A stretch of 64,000 nt of DNA. Origin: an uncultured Chloroflexota bacterium (lineage in GTDB: Bacteria > Chloroflexota > Dehalococcoidia > UBA2979). Every line of letters starts with the position of its first letter. Positions within the stretch are counted from its first letter, which is position 1. The DNA lies in the NCBI GenBank assembly GCA_913051185.1, contig CAJXBM010000001.1:6754-70753 (forward strand), given 5' to 3'. Of the stretch, positions 9,662 through 19,741 are shown in pieces. A program made the translations under genes and the position numbers. Below the pieces are notes generated by a model. The model ran no database searches. It was not told the DNA's origin and saw only the letters and a list, made by a program, of their open reading frames with translations.

Positions 9662-10837
9662 TTAATTGAGTTCGACCTGAGATGGTTTGCTCAGAATCCA
9701 GCCCAGTCCTCCGAATATCAACATTGTGGCTGCGATTGCAAGCCATGTCGTAGTGTCATCAGTCGCACCATATAGCCATGTGAAGGCTAGGGTTGCTACT
9801 GCCGCTATTGCAACTGAAACAGAGACCACTAACCCTTGTGCTGCTGCCTGTCGTTCTTCTGATACGGACTCAGATACCATCATCGGGGTGGCTGTGAAGC
9901 CCATGCCTTCAAAGCAGGCATCTACGAAGGTTATTGCAATCAGTGGGATGAGCCCAGGGACAAAACCAAATGAGATGGCGATAAGAGAGCATCCAATGAT
10001 TAGTCCCATAGACCATAATCGTGACCCATATTTTTGCGCCATTGCGCCACCAATCGGTGCGAGAAACGCTATAGGGAAACAGATGAGGGTCAGTGCCAGG
10101 CCGATTTGCCATTGCTCAGCTCCACGGGCATCGAGTTCCATCACCCATACGGGTTCGAAAGCGCCGATGAACACCCAATAAGCCGCAACCATGCAGAGCG
10201 CGCCCAATACCTTTCGTTCCTTGAGTAGCAATATCGGATTTTCATAACGTGCTCCTCGCCTTCCCTGGTCGGCCTGCGCTCTCCAGATTGTTGGCAGTAT
10301 ACAAATCAGAACCACAGCGATGGCAAGGAAGGGGGTATGAAAGTCGCCAATGAGATTGAATACGATGGCTATTGCTGGTCCTACTACAAAACCAGCTATA
10401 TCGGCGGTACCAATTCTTCCAAGATTTCGACCGAAATTGACCGGATCGCTGAGAATAATGGTTCTTCGAACAGCCGGGCCGGCTGCTCCAAGAGCAAATC
10501 CGAGTAGAGCTCGCCCGAGGATAAATTGCCAAAGCTCGGTACCAACGCCGAGAATCAACAGAGCGGCTGCACCTAACAAGACCCCGAATCTAAGTAATAG
10601 TGGAGCCTGCCCACGATCGGCAAGGGGTGCCAGAACTATGCTAGACACGAACGAAGCGGCATAGCCGCAAGAAATAACAATTCCGATATCAAAGCTGGAG
10701 AATCCCAATTCATTTTTGAATTCAGCGACAAGGGCAAAGACACTAGCCAGTGCAGAGGCCATAGCGAATGTTGTTAGATAGTAGGGGATTAAATTTCGTG
10801 TTTGGGTGGAAATAACCGATTTTGTCATGGATCGCAT
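9662..10837 (-). CDS. MFS transporter (12 TMS)
   Basis: 391 aa, hydrophobic throughout with MFS-like loops. It converges on the preceding MFS gene across an 11 nt gap. Confidence 0.7.
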   Translation of the reverse strand: MRSMTKSVISTQTRNLIPYYLTTFAMASALASVFALVAEFKNELGFSSFDIGIVISCGYAASFVSSIVLAPLADRGQAPLLLRFGVLLGAAALLILGVGTELWQFILGRALLGFALGAAGPAVRRTIILSDPVNFGRNLGRIGTADIAGFVVGPAIAIVFNLIGDFHTPFLAIAVVLICILPTIWRAQADQGRRGARYENPILLLKERKVLGALCMVAAYWVFIGAFEPVWVMELDARGAEQWQIGLALTLICFPIAFLAPIGGAMAQKYGSRLWSMGLIIGCSLIAISFGFVPGLIPLIAITFVDACFEGMGFTATPMMVSESVSEERQAAAQGLVVSVSVAIAAVATLAFTWLYGATDDTTTWLAIAATMLIFGGLGWILSKPSQVELN

Positions 10838-10945
10838 TTCTTGGGATAAATTGTTGTAGTTTGAATGCTCTAGTTCAAAGCCTATCCTGTCGACCTACTA
10901 CGGAGTAACTTATTGGAAGGTTGATCTATTAAGGAGAGTGCCACA

Positions 10946-11179
10946 GTGAATACCATCGATTCAGGATTGGAGCGCCAACGCGTAACCCGACTACGTGATC
11001 ATTTAACTTGGGAACTGAATTATGATTCCAGTGAATTACTTCATGCGGAATTTGATTGTGATATCTGTGCGACACTAATCAACTACGTGAGGAATTTCGA
11101 GAAGGCCTATGAGTCTGCAACTGGTCACTCGAGAACCTTCGAGGAGGTCGTTGATCGATCCGAAGAGTACGCAGTATAG
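10946..11179 (+). CDS. hypothetical small protein (77 aa)
   Basis: GTG start preceded by AAGGAGAG at 7 nt. It lies 20 nt upstream of the PdxA-family gene in the same orientation. Confidence 0.4.
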   Translation: MNTIDSGLERQRVTRLRDHLTWELNYDSSELLHAEFDCDICATLINYVRNFEKAYESATGHSRTFEEVVDRSEEYAV

Positions 11180-11199
11180 ATAAGTTTTGGAGTGATCGT

Positions 11200-12201
11200 A
11201 TGCCAGAGAGAACAGTCACCGGAGTTACGTTGGGTGACCCTTCAGGAGTTGGCCCTGAGGTCGTTGTTAAGGCTTTCGCTGAATCAACTTTACATCGGGA
11301 TTCGAAACTATTTGTGATTGGAGCACTCGAACCAATCGAGCGAGCAATTAGGCAAGTGGGTTTAGGCCAAAAAGCAAGGATTATAGAAAAACCATCAGAC
11401 GCAAATAGTTCCGCTAATGTTATTGATATTTATGAGTTGGATGAGATACAAGATACGGACTTCCCAGTGGGAGTGCTATCAGAAAAATCTGCACGGGCTT
11501 CCCATGCATGGGTGGAGGCTGCAACGCAGCTAGCACTTGCAGGCTCGGTTGACGCTATCACCACAGCACCAGTGAATAAGGAAGCATGGCGTCTAGCTGG
11601 ATTTTCTGACAAAGGTCATCAAGAGGTATTCCAACGACTTACCGGTGCCGATTATGTCGCTACGATGCTCGTTAGCGGTTCTCTTAGATGTATGCATTTA
11701 TCGACACATTTATCTTTGGCAGAAGCCTGTCACTATGTTACGAAAGAGAATGTTCTTCGAGCAATAAATCTTACGTCCGAATATTTCATCCGGTGGGGCG
11801 TCGTAAAACCTCGAATTGGTGTAGCCGCACTCAATCCTCATGCGAGTGACGGAGGATTGATTGGCCAAACTGAAGAAAAAGAGATATTGCCAGCGATTTT
11901 AGCGGCGCAGGCAGATGGAATAGATGCGATTGGTCCAGTACCAGCTGATACGGTGTTCAATCAGGCTATTGATGGCTTATATGATGTTGTGTTGGTGATG
12001 TATCACGACCAGGGTCATATTCCGATAAAAGTTTACGGTTTTGAGAATAGTATTACGGTCAATTTAGGTATACCTATTTTGAGAACGTCGGTAGATCATG
12101 GAACTGCTTTTGATATAGCCGGCAAAAACCAAGCCCAGTCAGTCAGCATGGTTGAGGCCATCAAATTGGCACGATCACTAAGTGCAGGTCAGCATTTATA
12201 G
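11200..12201 (+). CDS. PdxA-family NAD-dependent 4-hydroxythreonine-4-phosphate dehydrogenase-like oxidative decarboxylase
   Basis: 333 aa with a GGAG RBS. PdxA blocks present: ITLGDPSGVGPE, AITTAPVNKE, HLSTHLSL, NPHASDGG, YHDQGHIP and RTSVDHGTAFDIAG. Confidence 0.8.
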   Translation: MPERTVTGVTLGDPSGVGPEVVVKAFAESTLHRDSKLFVIGALEPIERAIRQVGLGQKARIIEKPSDANSSANVIDIYELDEIQDTDFPVGVLSEKSARASHAWVEAATQLALAGSVDAITTAPVNKEAWRLAGFSDKGHQEVFQRLTGADYVATMLVSGSLRCMHLSTHLSLAEACHYVTKENVLRAINLTSEYFIRWGVVKPRIGVAALNPHASDGGLIGQTEEKEILPAILAAQADGIDAIGPVPADTVFNQAIDGLYDVVLVMYHDQGHIPIKVYGFENSITVNLGIPILRTSVDHGTAFDIAGKNQAQSVSMVEAIKLARSLSAGQHL

Positions 12202-12214
12202 ACAAACTGTTTTT

Positions 12215-12496
12215 TTAGTCAGCACTTAGATATGATCTGATTGCTTCTGGATCAAGCATTGGGTAGACATCGAATTCGGCTGGCATTATCTCAGCCCATT
12301 CATTCAGAAGCCCGTGTAGCATTTCATTGGAGTCAACGTCAAAAACTGCTACCCCGCCTCTTCCTGCACGAGCATACATTGATTGCGCGTTGCCAATATC
12401 CAGTTGATTTTGTGCCCACTCCCAATACTGTTTGCGATATTGCTTCACTTCAGATGGACGAGTTGGATGAGGTGTACTTACAACCAAGAACAGCAT
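12215..12496 (-). CDS. muconolactone delta-isomerase-like small protein
   Basis: 93 aa. MLFLVVSTPHP and FDVDSNEMLHGLLNEWAEIMP...FDVYPM align with CatC MLFHVKMTV and FDVPSVEALHDTLMQLPLFPYMDIEV. Confidence 0.5.
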   Translation of the reverse strand: MLFLVVSTPHPTRPSEVKQYRKQYWEWAQNQLDIGNAQSMYARAGRGGVAVFDVDSNEMLHGLLNEWAEIMPAEFDVYPMLDPEAIRSYLSAD

Positions 12497-12640
12497 ATAC
12501 AGGCCTTTCTAGCGATCTGGCTAATTGTGCCAGCACGTTAATTAATTTAGTACCAAAGCGATCTAACAGATAGATTACTTCTATCCTCGCCCTAGCAGGC
12601 GTGCGAGAATATATATGAATTCTTAGCGGAGAGGCACCGA

Positions 12641-12802
12641 TGATTACTCCTGTCGAATCATATATCATGACGTTTGTGCCGCTATTGGCTGCGATATTAG
12701 TGTGGTTTCGTATGCGGACCACCGGAGGTAGATTAGCTGTGCCTGCCGCATTGGCCACGGTTTTACTAGGTCATGTGATCTTCAGGATATTATTTTCATA
12801 AC
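12641..12802 (+). CDS. hypothetical small hydrophobic protein (53 aa), not in ORF track
   Basis: ATG preceded by GGAGAGG at 5-7 nt. It encodes MITPVESYIMTFVPLLAAILVWFRMRTTGGRLAVPAALATVLLGHVIFRILFS, consistent with a single or double TM helix. Confidence 0.3.
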
Positions 12803-12809
12803 TGAATAA

Positions 12810-14444
12810 TTATTCATCGCTGTCATTTTTCTTCATCCAAAACCAGTCGAGTGCAAGTATCAGAGTCAGTATGAGAGGGACTCCAACTAGTATTGTGCGT
12901 GTTTGGACCTTAGGTACAGATAAATCCGCTGATTGCTTAGTTTCATCTATAGACTGTTGAGTTGAGAACGAGCTCTCAGGCACAGGCATTTTTTTTTGTG
13001 AAGTTGACTTTGTAATTAGCGTTGTGACTAGTCCACCGGCAGATAATGCGGCCGCAAGCCAGAAGGCTATTTTCCACCCATTCATGAATGCATCACCGGA
13101 ACCTTTAGTATCTGCAATTTCACTCAGTGGTATATCAAAACCTTCCGCTGTCATGATACTTACGACGATTACCGTCACAATTGCTTGCCCAGTCACATTT
13201 CCGACATTTCGAGTGAGATTACTGAACGCACCACCAATTCCTAAGCTTGATTGCGGAAGCGAGCCCATGAGTAGAGCCTGATTGGGGACATTCCAAAATC
13301 CTAGGGCAAGTCCATGAACTACCAGTGCTGCCATCAGAAATGAGATAGGTATTTCAGTGGTGGCAAATGACATCCAGAGGGTACTGATTACTAGCAGAGC
13401 GAACCCAAAAAGAGCAAAGGGTTTGGGACGGAATCGATCAGACAGTCTTCCTGCAGTCGTGGACGCAATGGCCATGCCTAGGAAGTTGAGTACAAGTATC
13501 AGGCCGGCAGAGCCGGCTGATAAGCCTTTCACGCTAATGAGTAATATTGGGGGTAGTAGTTGGATATTTGTCGCTGCCATAAAGCCGAGTGCCCGTGCCC
13601 CAACCGCAGTGGCAAACGTTCGATTTCGAAAAATACGTAGTTCTAACATCGGAGAGGATGAACGCAATTCCCAGAAACAAAACGATCCCAGAAGTAAGGC
13701 GACGGCAGCTAGTCCCCCTATGAAATAGACCGAGAAGAAGGATAAATTGAATGGGTTATTGATTATTGTTATCAGAATTATTACTGCGGGCGCTGACAGC
13801 AGAGCACCTCCCCAGTCAAATGTGCGACCAGTTCTGGTTTGTCGGTGTTTTAAAACAGAGTTATCTATGAATACAACAGCCGCCACCATAGTAATCAAAC
13901 TTAACGGGACTAGAAGCAGGAACATTGCTTCCCAAGGGAGAACCTGCAGCGTGAAACCTGCAACTAACGGACCACAGCAACCCCCTATAGCAACTGCTGT
14001 GCTCTGGCTTCCAATAGCCTTTCCTTGTTCCTCGGGAGGAAATGAGGCGATTGCAAGAGCCGTTTGGGTAGATTGAATCATTGAATTACCGACAGACATT
14101 ATCAGCCTTGCGCCGATAAGCGCCATGAAAGAGGGAGCGAAGGCAGTCGAAAATGCGCCTAATGCGAAAAGTCCAAGTCCGATAACATGTATTGGTTTCC
14201 AACCAAAAATATCACCGACCCGTCCCATGGGCATAATTAAGGCACTCAACACCAGTGATTCAATTATTACTACCCAGGATACTGCCTTTAGAGTAACTTC
14301 GAAGTCATCTGCTATAGCCGAGAGTGCGACAAACACCATCGTCATGCTCAGGACTGTTGTGAAAAGCGACAATCCTACGGGAAAAAAGGATCTCCATTTT
14401 TTCGAATAATCAGGTGCCTCGAGATTGACCAAGGTATTTTGCAT
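12810..14444 (-). CDS. MFS transporter, DHA2-like, paralog of 8004-9650
   Basis: 544 aa. Its N-terminus KKWRSFFPVGLSLFTTVLSMTMVFVALSAIADDF parallels the other copy. Confidence 0.8.
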   Translation of the reverse strand: MQNTLVNLEAPDYSKKWRSFFPVGLSLFTTVLSMTMVFVALSAIADDFEVTLKAVSWVVIIESLVLSALIMPMGRVGDIFGWKPIHVIGLGLFALGAFSTAFAPSFMALIGARLIMSVGNSMIQSTQTALAIASFPPEEQGKAIGSQSTAVAIGGCCGPLVAGFTLQVLPWEAMFLLLVPLSLITMVAAVVFIDNSVLKHRQTRTGRTFDWGGALLSAPAVIILITIINNPFNLSFFSVYFIGGLAAVALLLGSFCFWELRSSSPMLELRIFRNRTFATAVGARALGFMAATNIQLLPPILLISVKGLSAGSAGLILVLNFLGMAIASTTAGRLSDRFRPKPFALFGFALLVISTLWMSFATTEIPISFLMAALVVHGLALGFWNVPNQALLMGSLPQSSLGIGGAFSNLTRNVGNVTGQAIVTVIVVSIMTAEGFDIPLSEIADTKGSGDAFMNGWKIAFWLAAALSAGGLVTTLITKSTSQKKMPVPESSFSTQQSIDETKQSADLSVPKVQTRTILVGVPLILTLILALDWFWMKKNDSDE

Positions 14445-14475
14445 TAGTAACGACTATGTTCCAGTTTTTTGGAAT

Positions 14476-15363
14476 TTAACGTGGTCGTCTGGGTATGATG
14501 ACGGGTGTGTGGGTTTTATACTTTTGATAGGCTTCGTCGGCACCCCATTTCTGATCAGATGCCTCTTCAAGCTTTGCCACACCAGATACTTTCACGAGCA
14601 TGACAATCACGTAGGGGATGGATAAAAGTGTGATGTATTGCCAGTCCATCAATGTCGGTAGTGCGATTAGTGAAATTCCTATCCACAGTATGATTTCACC
14701 GAAATAATTAGGATGTCGTGACCAGGCCCAAAGTCCACTGTCGATAAACTTGTTTTTATTTGCTGAAAACTTTCGGAACGCTCTTTTTTGGCGATCGGCC
14801 ACAACTTCAATCAAGAAGCCAGTCAGCCAGATAATTAGACCAATTACAGTCGTTATCTCAATCTTGTCACTGATATTTTGTGATGTTAATGCAGTGAACA
14901 CTACAACAGGAGTGACGAAGGCCCAGAATCCCTGAAACGTCCAATAGAATAAGAATTTTGTTTTATGCGGAATTACCTCGGTAAATCTTTTATCATGGCC
15001 ATCTTCTCTGATACGCAAAAAAAGGAATGAAGATAGGCGAATCGCCCAAATAGCCACCAAAGCAGCTAACAGGAATGAAATTATTGTCAGAGCCTCTGTG
15101 AGAATGAGTATGAGCACAGTAAGCGAGAGAAAAGTTAGTCCTCCTGTAAAATCAAAATATTTTTCAGTTTTGCTTAAATATGAAGGTATAAACACTAGCC
15201 ACTGAATCAAAAAGGAGATCCCCATGCATAGTAAGAGCAAAGGTGTGCCACCGGCTATATCAACACTGACGGATTTTCCTTGGCTTCCTGCCAAGGCCAC
15301 TAATGTAGCAACGATTACAAGGGTCAAGATACTTAAAATGGCCTTCATATCAGAATTGCTCAT
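14476..15363 (-). CDS. DUF1295 / steroid 5-alpha-reductase-like (ICMT/PEMT-fold) membrane protein
   Basis: The C-terminal motif SGLWAWSRHPNYFGEIILWIG is typical of the family. The ORF begins at TTG 15399, but ATG 15363 with GAAGG at 7 nt is the more likely start. Confidence 0.6.
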   Translation of the reverse strand: MSNSDMKAILSILTLVIVATLVALAGSQGKSVSVDIAGGTPLLLLCMGISFLIQWLVFIPSYLSKTEKYFDFTGGLTFLSLTVLILILTEALTIISFLLAALVAIWAIRLSSFLFLRIREDGHDKRFTEVIPHKTKFLFYWTFQGFWAFVTPVVVFTALTSQNISDKIEITTVIGLIIWLTGFLIEVVADRQKRAFRKFSANKNKFIDSGLWAWSRHPNYFGEIILWIGISLIALPTLMDWQYITLLSIPYVIVMLVKVSGVAKLEEASDQKWGADEAYQKYKTHTPVIIPRRPR

Positions 15364-15704
15364 TTCGTCACCTTCTTTCACACTTGATGGCTTACTCAAA
15401 TAATAGAGTAAGTGGCCCGTAGGTATTCATTTTCGGTAGAGCTAATTCTTAGGAATTTCTTGTGCAAATTTAATCAGATGAAGCTCTTGCGGAGAATATC
15501 ATCACTAGGGGAAAGTCAATGAGTGCTAGGACATTGGCGGAGACGCAAATGGCCCGAGTGACAGGCCTGTGAATCCAGGAAATCGTCGTCGACGTTTCTG
15601 AAACGCTATCAATCGCTTAATGGAGCAGGGATATGCTGGGTATTTAACATACACTAATTTGTTTAGCAGTTAACTTATGTATACTGGCAAATGCCAGATA
15701 ATAG

Positions 15705-15808
15705 CTTTTGTAGGCCTTGGCTTAGGGCTTAACACTTGCATATCCCTCTTAGTAACCCCTCAATTACTGAGATTTACGGGATTAACCCTTAGCAGGGCCT
15801 ACAAAAGT
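15705..15808. repeat. imperfect inverted repeat (arms ~28 nt, 12-bp perfect core CTTTTGTAGGCC / GGCCTACAAAAG) separated by ~50 nt; member of a TAGGCC..TTAAGG repeat family
   Basis: Arm 1 at 15705-15732 is cttttgtaggccttggcttagggcttaa. The reverse complement of arm 2 at 15783-15808 is cttttgtaggccctgctaagggttaa. A perfect small hairpin ctggcaaatgccag lies nearby at 15684-15697. Confidence 0.6.
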
Positions 15809-15819
15809 ATAAATTCTAC

Positions 15820-16203
15820 CTAGATCACTCCGAGAAATTGCCGCCAAGATACCAGCCAACCTTCTTCTTGTCGTGATACCGCCCAGATTGCTTGAACTCG
15901 GTCGCCAAGCTCTTGCTGCACGGTCATTAATTGAACAGTAAGTAGGTAGACGTTTAAGTCGCCCGTTGAAGAAATGACGAGTGAATGAGTGATTTCGGCG
16001 CCGCCAAAATCAGGGTTATTCCATGTGGGGAAATCTAGCATATCGTCTGATGTTGCATACCAGTCTTTCGAACCAAATTCATCAATATGCACAAATGGGT
16101 ATTCTGATCCCGATCGTAAATCCTGCAAATTTTTCTCTGAAATTGCTTTCATATGTGAGTTTATTGCTGCCATTGGTGTGTCTGCCATATATGCTCCTGC
16201 CAT
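15820..16203 (-). CDS. hypothetical protein (127 aa), possibly NTF2/SnoaL-like fold
   Basis: ORF with no recognisable motif. It ends just before the inverted repeat. Confidence 0.35.
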   Translation of the reverse strand: MAGAYMADTPMAAINSHMKAISEKNLQDLRSGSEYPFVHIDEFGSKDWYATSDDMLDFPTWNNPDFGGAEITHSLVISSTGDLNVYLLTVQLMTVQQELGDRVQAIWAVSRQEEGWLVSWRQFLGVI

Positions 16204-16309
16204 CCCTATGTGTACTAATCGTAACCTGTTTTCTGGTTAGCCCAATGCAGCTTTTTCGTTGTTGATTTGAACCTTATAAAGTTAGCAGATAGGGTCTACT
16301 CAATATTAA

Positions 16310-16699
16310 ATGAAGATTAGTTCAGAGGGGTTTCGATTGAAAGTAGCATATATTTTAAATACACCTAATGCGGCCAACTATAAAGTAGGGGATATGATTT
16401 TGCCTCAGTTGGAATCTGATTCACATGGTGTGGACGTACTGGGGATATTTTTCTTTGACGATAACGCGTTTATGTTGCGGGCAGGTGATCCAAAAGGGGA
16501 ACGTTTAGCAAAGATTGCCAAGGAAAAAGGCATGCTTTTGATGATGTGTGATCAATGTGCAATTCAAAGAGGCCTAGCGACAGGTGAAGCTGGGAACGCT
16601 CAGCCGGCTGGCGTTGTAGAAGGTGTCGCTGTTGGTTGTTTCCCTGACCTATATGCTGCCTTAGGGCCTGCTGCTCCAGATCAAGTGATTTCGCTATAA
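16310..16699 (+). CDS. DsrE/DsrF/TusD-like family protein (putative)
   Basis: 129 aa. Architecture VAYILNTP...GVDVLGIFFFDDNAF...MMCDQCAIQRGL resembles DsrE-like proteins, including the vCxxCxxaRGl motif. Confidence 0.45.
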   Translation: MKISSEGFRLKVAYILNTPNAANYKVGDMILPQLESDSHGVDVLGIFFFDDNAFMLRAGDPKGERLAKIAKEKGMLLMMCDQCAIQRGLATGEAGNAQPAGVVEGVAVGCFPDLYAALGPAAPDQVISL

Positions 16700-16706
16700 T
16701 TTCGAT

Positions 16707-17504
16707 ATGAATCCAATTCGAACTCCGTCATCACTACTGAAGAGCGAGATGCTTGGTTCCACGCTCCTCATTACAATGAACCGCCCAGAGCGGCTGAATG
16801 CTCTTACGGATGAGATGAAAATTTTATTTCGCGACCTTCTTCTGAGTGTTCGTGATGATGTTGAAATACGGGCAGTGGTAGTTACTGGAGAAGGTAGGGC
16901 TTTCTGTTCAGGTGCGGATCTGAGTTCTGGCAATAAATCTGCAGGAGAAGAAATTCTTCCGTCGCGACCAGCACCAAGATTTGGGTGGCTCGAATTATTT
17001 CATAAATTGCCAGTGCCTGTTATTGCAGCTGTTAATGGTCCGGCCGTGGGTGGAGGTTTTGGAATCGCTCTGGCATGCGATATACGAGTGATGGGTGAGG
17101 GGAGTTATTTTTATCCTGCTTTCACCGATCGTGGCCTCGCGGCTGACAATGGAGTTAGTTGGATGCTTCCACGGTTGGTAGGTCCGGCGAAAGCACTGAG
17201 ATGGATGTGGGATGCATCCCGTATTTACTCTGAAGAAGCACTCCAAACAGGTTTAGCAGATCTTGTAGTGGCTGACGAGAAAGTGTTAGAGGAGGCCATC
17301 GAGTTGGCCCAGAAATGGGCCAAGGGACCAACCGTGGCATACGGACTTATTAAAGACCAAGTCTACGCAGGGTTAACAGAGGATTATGGTACTCAGTTGA
17401 TTGCTGAAGAGTTTCAACAGGCGCGAGCGTCTGCAACTGAAGATGTTGCTGAGGGTGTGGCCGCGTTTAGAGAAAAACGAGCCGCAAAATTTGTGGGCCG
17501 CTAA
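16707..17504 (+). CDS. enoyl-CoA hydratase/isomerase family protein
   Basis: 265 aa with LLITMNRPERLNAL and VTGEGRAFCSGADL. Starts 8 nt after the preceding gene. Confidence 0.8.
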   Translation: MNPIRTPSSLLKSEMLGSTLLITMNRPERLNALTDEMKILFRDLLLSVRDDVEIRAVVVTGEGRAFCSGADLSSGNKSAGEEILPSRPAPRFGWLELFHKLPVPVIAAVNGPAVGGGFGIALACDIRVMGEGSYFYPAFTDRGLAADNGVSWMLPRLVGPAKALRWMWDASRIYSEEALQTGLADLVVADEKVLEEAIELAQKWAKGPTVAYGLIKDQVYAGLTEDYGTQLIAEEFQQARASATEDVAEGVAAFREKRAAKFVGR

Positions 17505-17513
17505 TTTTTATTT

Positions 17514-18761
17514 TTGGTCCAGATAACTAACCTAATGCTTGGCAGCATACGGAATCGTGAATTCAACCAGGCTTTTGATATTTTTTCGATCGGCTCGTTT
17601 AGGCGACTGTGGTCGAGTGCTGTTTTGTTTTCAATGGGTCAATGGCTTGATAGAACCATTGTAGGTTGGCTCGTACTCGACATGACGGGGTCTGCATTTT
17701 TGACAGGTCTAGTATGGGCAGTTCGTTTCTGTCCGAACTTATTGTTTGGCCCCGCCATGGGTGTGATTTCTGATAGATATCCCCGCGGTCGGACGCTTTC
17801 TATTAACGCAAGCGTCAGAGCAATTGCAATGCTGATTACGGGCTTACTTTTTTTCTTAGGGCAAGAATCACTTCCTGCACTTTTGATACTTGCATTGATC
17901 GGTGGTACAAGCACCACACTTCAGATGGCCGTCATACAGCCGTTGGCGGCTGAGGTGGTAGGTGATACGAAATTAGCAAATGGTGTGACTATTACAGCCT
18001 TGGGTCAAAGAGCGGTTGGTGCGGTAGGCGCATTATTAGGCGGAGTCCTGCTTGCGACTATTAGCCCAGCTTGGATATTTGTTATTGCTGCCTTACCTTT
18101 GCTTGTATCAGCAGTAGTCTTTCTTACGATATCTCCCAATTTTTCTCGAGAAATAAAGATAACCTCATTCCTTTCTGACATGCGTGAAGGACTCGAGGTG
18201 ATTCGAGGTAGACGGGCTGTACTTGTGCTGTTGGTACTTATGGCTTTTACAGAGATGTTTGGTTTCTCGTATAACGGATTTCTTCCTGTCGTGGCCGATG
18301 ACCTTTTAGATATTGGTCCCGAAGGTCTAGGGTTGTTGACTTCTGCAACTGCGTTGGGGGGATTATTAGGTGTGCTTGGGTTGACTCTTTATCATGGTGC
18401 GATTCGCAGAGGTCTGTTACTACTCATGATTATTGGGAGTTTTGGTGTTCTCGAAATATTACTCGGCATGTCTTCTATTTTAGGTGTGTCATGGGTATTG
18501 TTAGCTTGCATGGGTGGTATGGGCGCGATGGTAGATTCACTCGAGTGGATTTTATTGCAGACTGCTGTATCTTCGGATATGCGCGGGCGAGTTCTGGGTT
18601 GGTGGAATGTGGCCATAGGATGTGGCTGGATTGGGACGATAATACTAGGAATTATCGCTGATTCCTACGGGATACAGGCATCTCTTTCGGTAGCAGGAAT
18701 AATTTTGCTTTTTGTGGCTTTTTCGGCTTTGACTCTTTCAAGTCAGCTTCGAAGAATTTGA
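17514..18761 (+). CDS. MFS transporter (EntS/MFS_1-like, 12 TMS)
   Basis: 415 aa with FRRLWSSAVLFSMGQWLDRTIVGWLV and repeated TM blocks. Confidence 0.75.
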   Translation: MVQITNLMLGSIRNREFNQAFDIFSIGSFRRLWSSAVLFSMGQWLDRTIVGWLVLDMTGSAFLTGLVWAVRFCPNLLFGPAMGVISDRYPRGRTLSINASVRAIAMLITGLLFFLGQESLPALLILALIGGTSTTLQMAVIQPLAAEVVGDTKLANGVTITALGQRAVGAVGALLGGVLLATISPAWIFVIAALPLLVSAVVFLTISPNFSREIKITSFLSDMREGLEVIRGRRAVLVLLVLMAFTEMFGFSYNGFLPVVADDLLDIGPEGLGLLTSATALGGLLGVLGLTLYHGAIRRGLLLLMIIGSFGVLEILLGMSSILGVSWVLLACMGGMGAMVDSLEWILLQTAVSSDMRGRVLGWWNVAIGCGWIGTIILGIIADSYGIQASLSVAGIILLFVAFSALTLSSQLRRI

Positions 18762-18769
18762 TTTTGTGC

Positions 18770-19741
18770 TCAGTTCGTGCCACGAAGTCGCGGATCTAAT
18801 TTGTCCCGAAGTGAATCTCCGAACATATTGAACGACCAGACTGTAAGAAAAATAAACAAACCTGGGAAGAATGCAAGATGGGGATATCTAGCGAGCTCTT
18901 CTCGTGCATCATTAAGTTCACGCCCCCACGATGGATTTGGAGGTTGGACTCCGTATCCCAAGAATGAGAGTACGGATTCAAGAAGCACTGCAGAGCCCAC
19001 GAAAAGTGATGCTGAAACAATTACGTACTGAAATAAATTCGGGAGGATATGTTGACGCATTATTCGAAGATTTGTAGCCCCGAGCGATACAGCCGCTTCT
19101 ACATAGGTTTCCTCTCGAAGAGAAAGAGCAACGCCGCGGACCGTTCGTGAGCTTTGGAATCCAGTGTCAATCGACACACAAATCACTATTATTAGCATAT
19201 CTGATGACAATGGCCCAAAGTCTGGAATTTTTGATTCAAATGCAACCACGGCTATTATCAGAAATAAGATGGTAGGTATAGATTGAAAAACTTCGACGAA
19301 TCGTTGGAGAATCGCATCAGTCCAGCCGCCTAGAAATGCTGAAGCAATTCCTAAAGTTGTGGATAAGGTTTTTCCCAACAGGACTGCTCCAAAACCTATC
19401 ATGATTGCGGTCCGTGCCCCGTAGATCAGTCGTGCATACATATCACGGCCCAAACCATTAGTTCCGAACCATGCCGTGCTATTCGGGCTAAGAAATCTGT
19501 CTGATATGTGAACACCAATGACGTAGTCAGATGATTGCGTGTCTAGTGGAGTAAAGAGTTGTGGGAAGATGGCCATTAATACTAGGACTACTATCGTTAC
19601 TCCTCCTACGGCGCCGAGTGGATATCTTTTAATAAATCGGCCACAACTCTTCAGGATTGAAATGACGAGTAGAGGTTCTGGCTTTCGATGCAGGTCTAGA
19701 CCTGTTTCACGATCTTGATGGATAACAGGCGATTGACTCAT
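18770..19741 (-). CDS. ABC transporter permease (DppC/OppC-like), second copy at the distal end of the Dpp-like operon
   Basis: 323 aa with WFGTNGLGRDMYARLIYG and EAA motif YVEAAVSLGATN. About 50% identical to the 6669-7655 product. Confidence 0.8.
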   Translation of the reverse strand: MSQSPVIHQDRETGLDLHRKPEPLLVISILKSCGRFIKRYPLGAVGGVTIVVLVLMAIFPQLFTPLDTQSSDYVIGVHISDRFLSPNSTAWFGTNGLGRDMYARLIYGARTAIMIGFGAVLLGKTLSTTLGIASAFLGGWTDAILQRFVEVFQSIPTILFLIIAVVAFESKIPDFGPLSSDMLIIVICVSIDTGFQSSRTVRGVALSLREETYVEAAVSLGATNLRIMRQHILPNLFQYVIVSASLFVGSAVLLESVLSFLGYGVQPPNPSWGRELNDAREELARYPHLAFFPGLFIFLTVWSFNMFGDSLRDKLDPRLRGTN

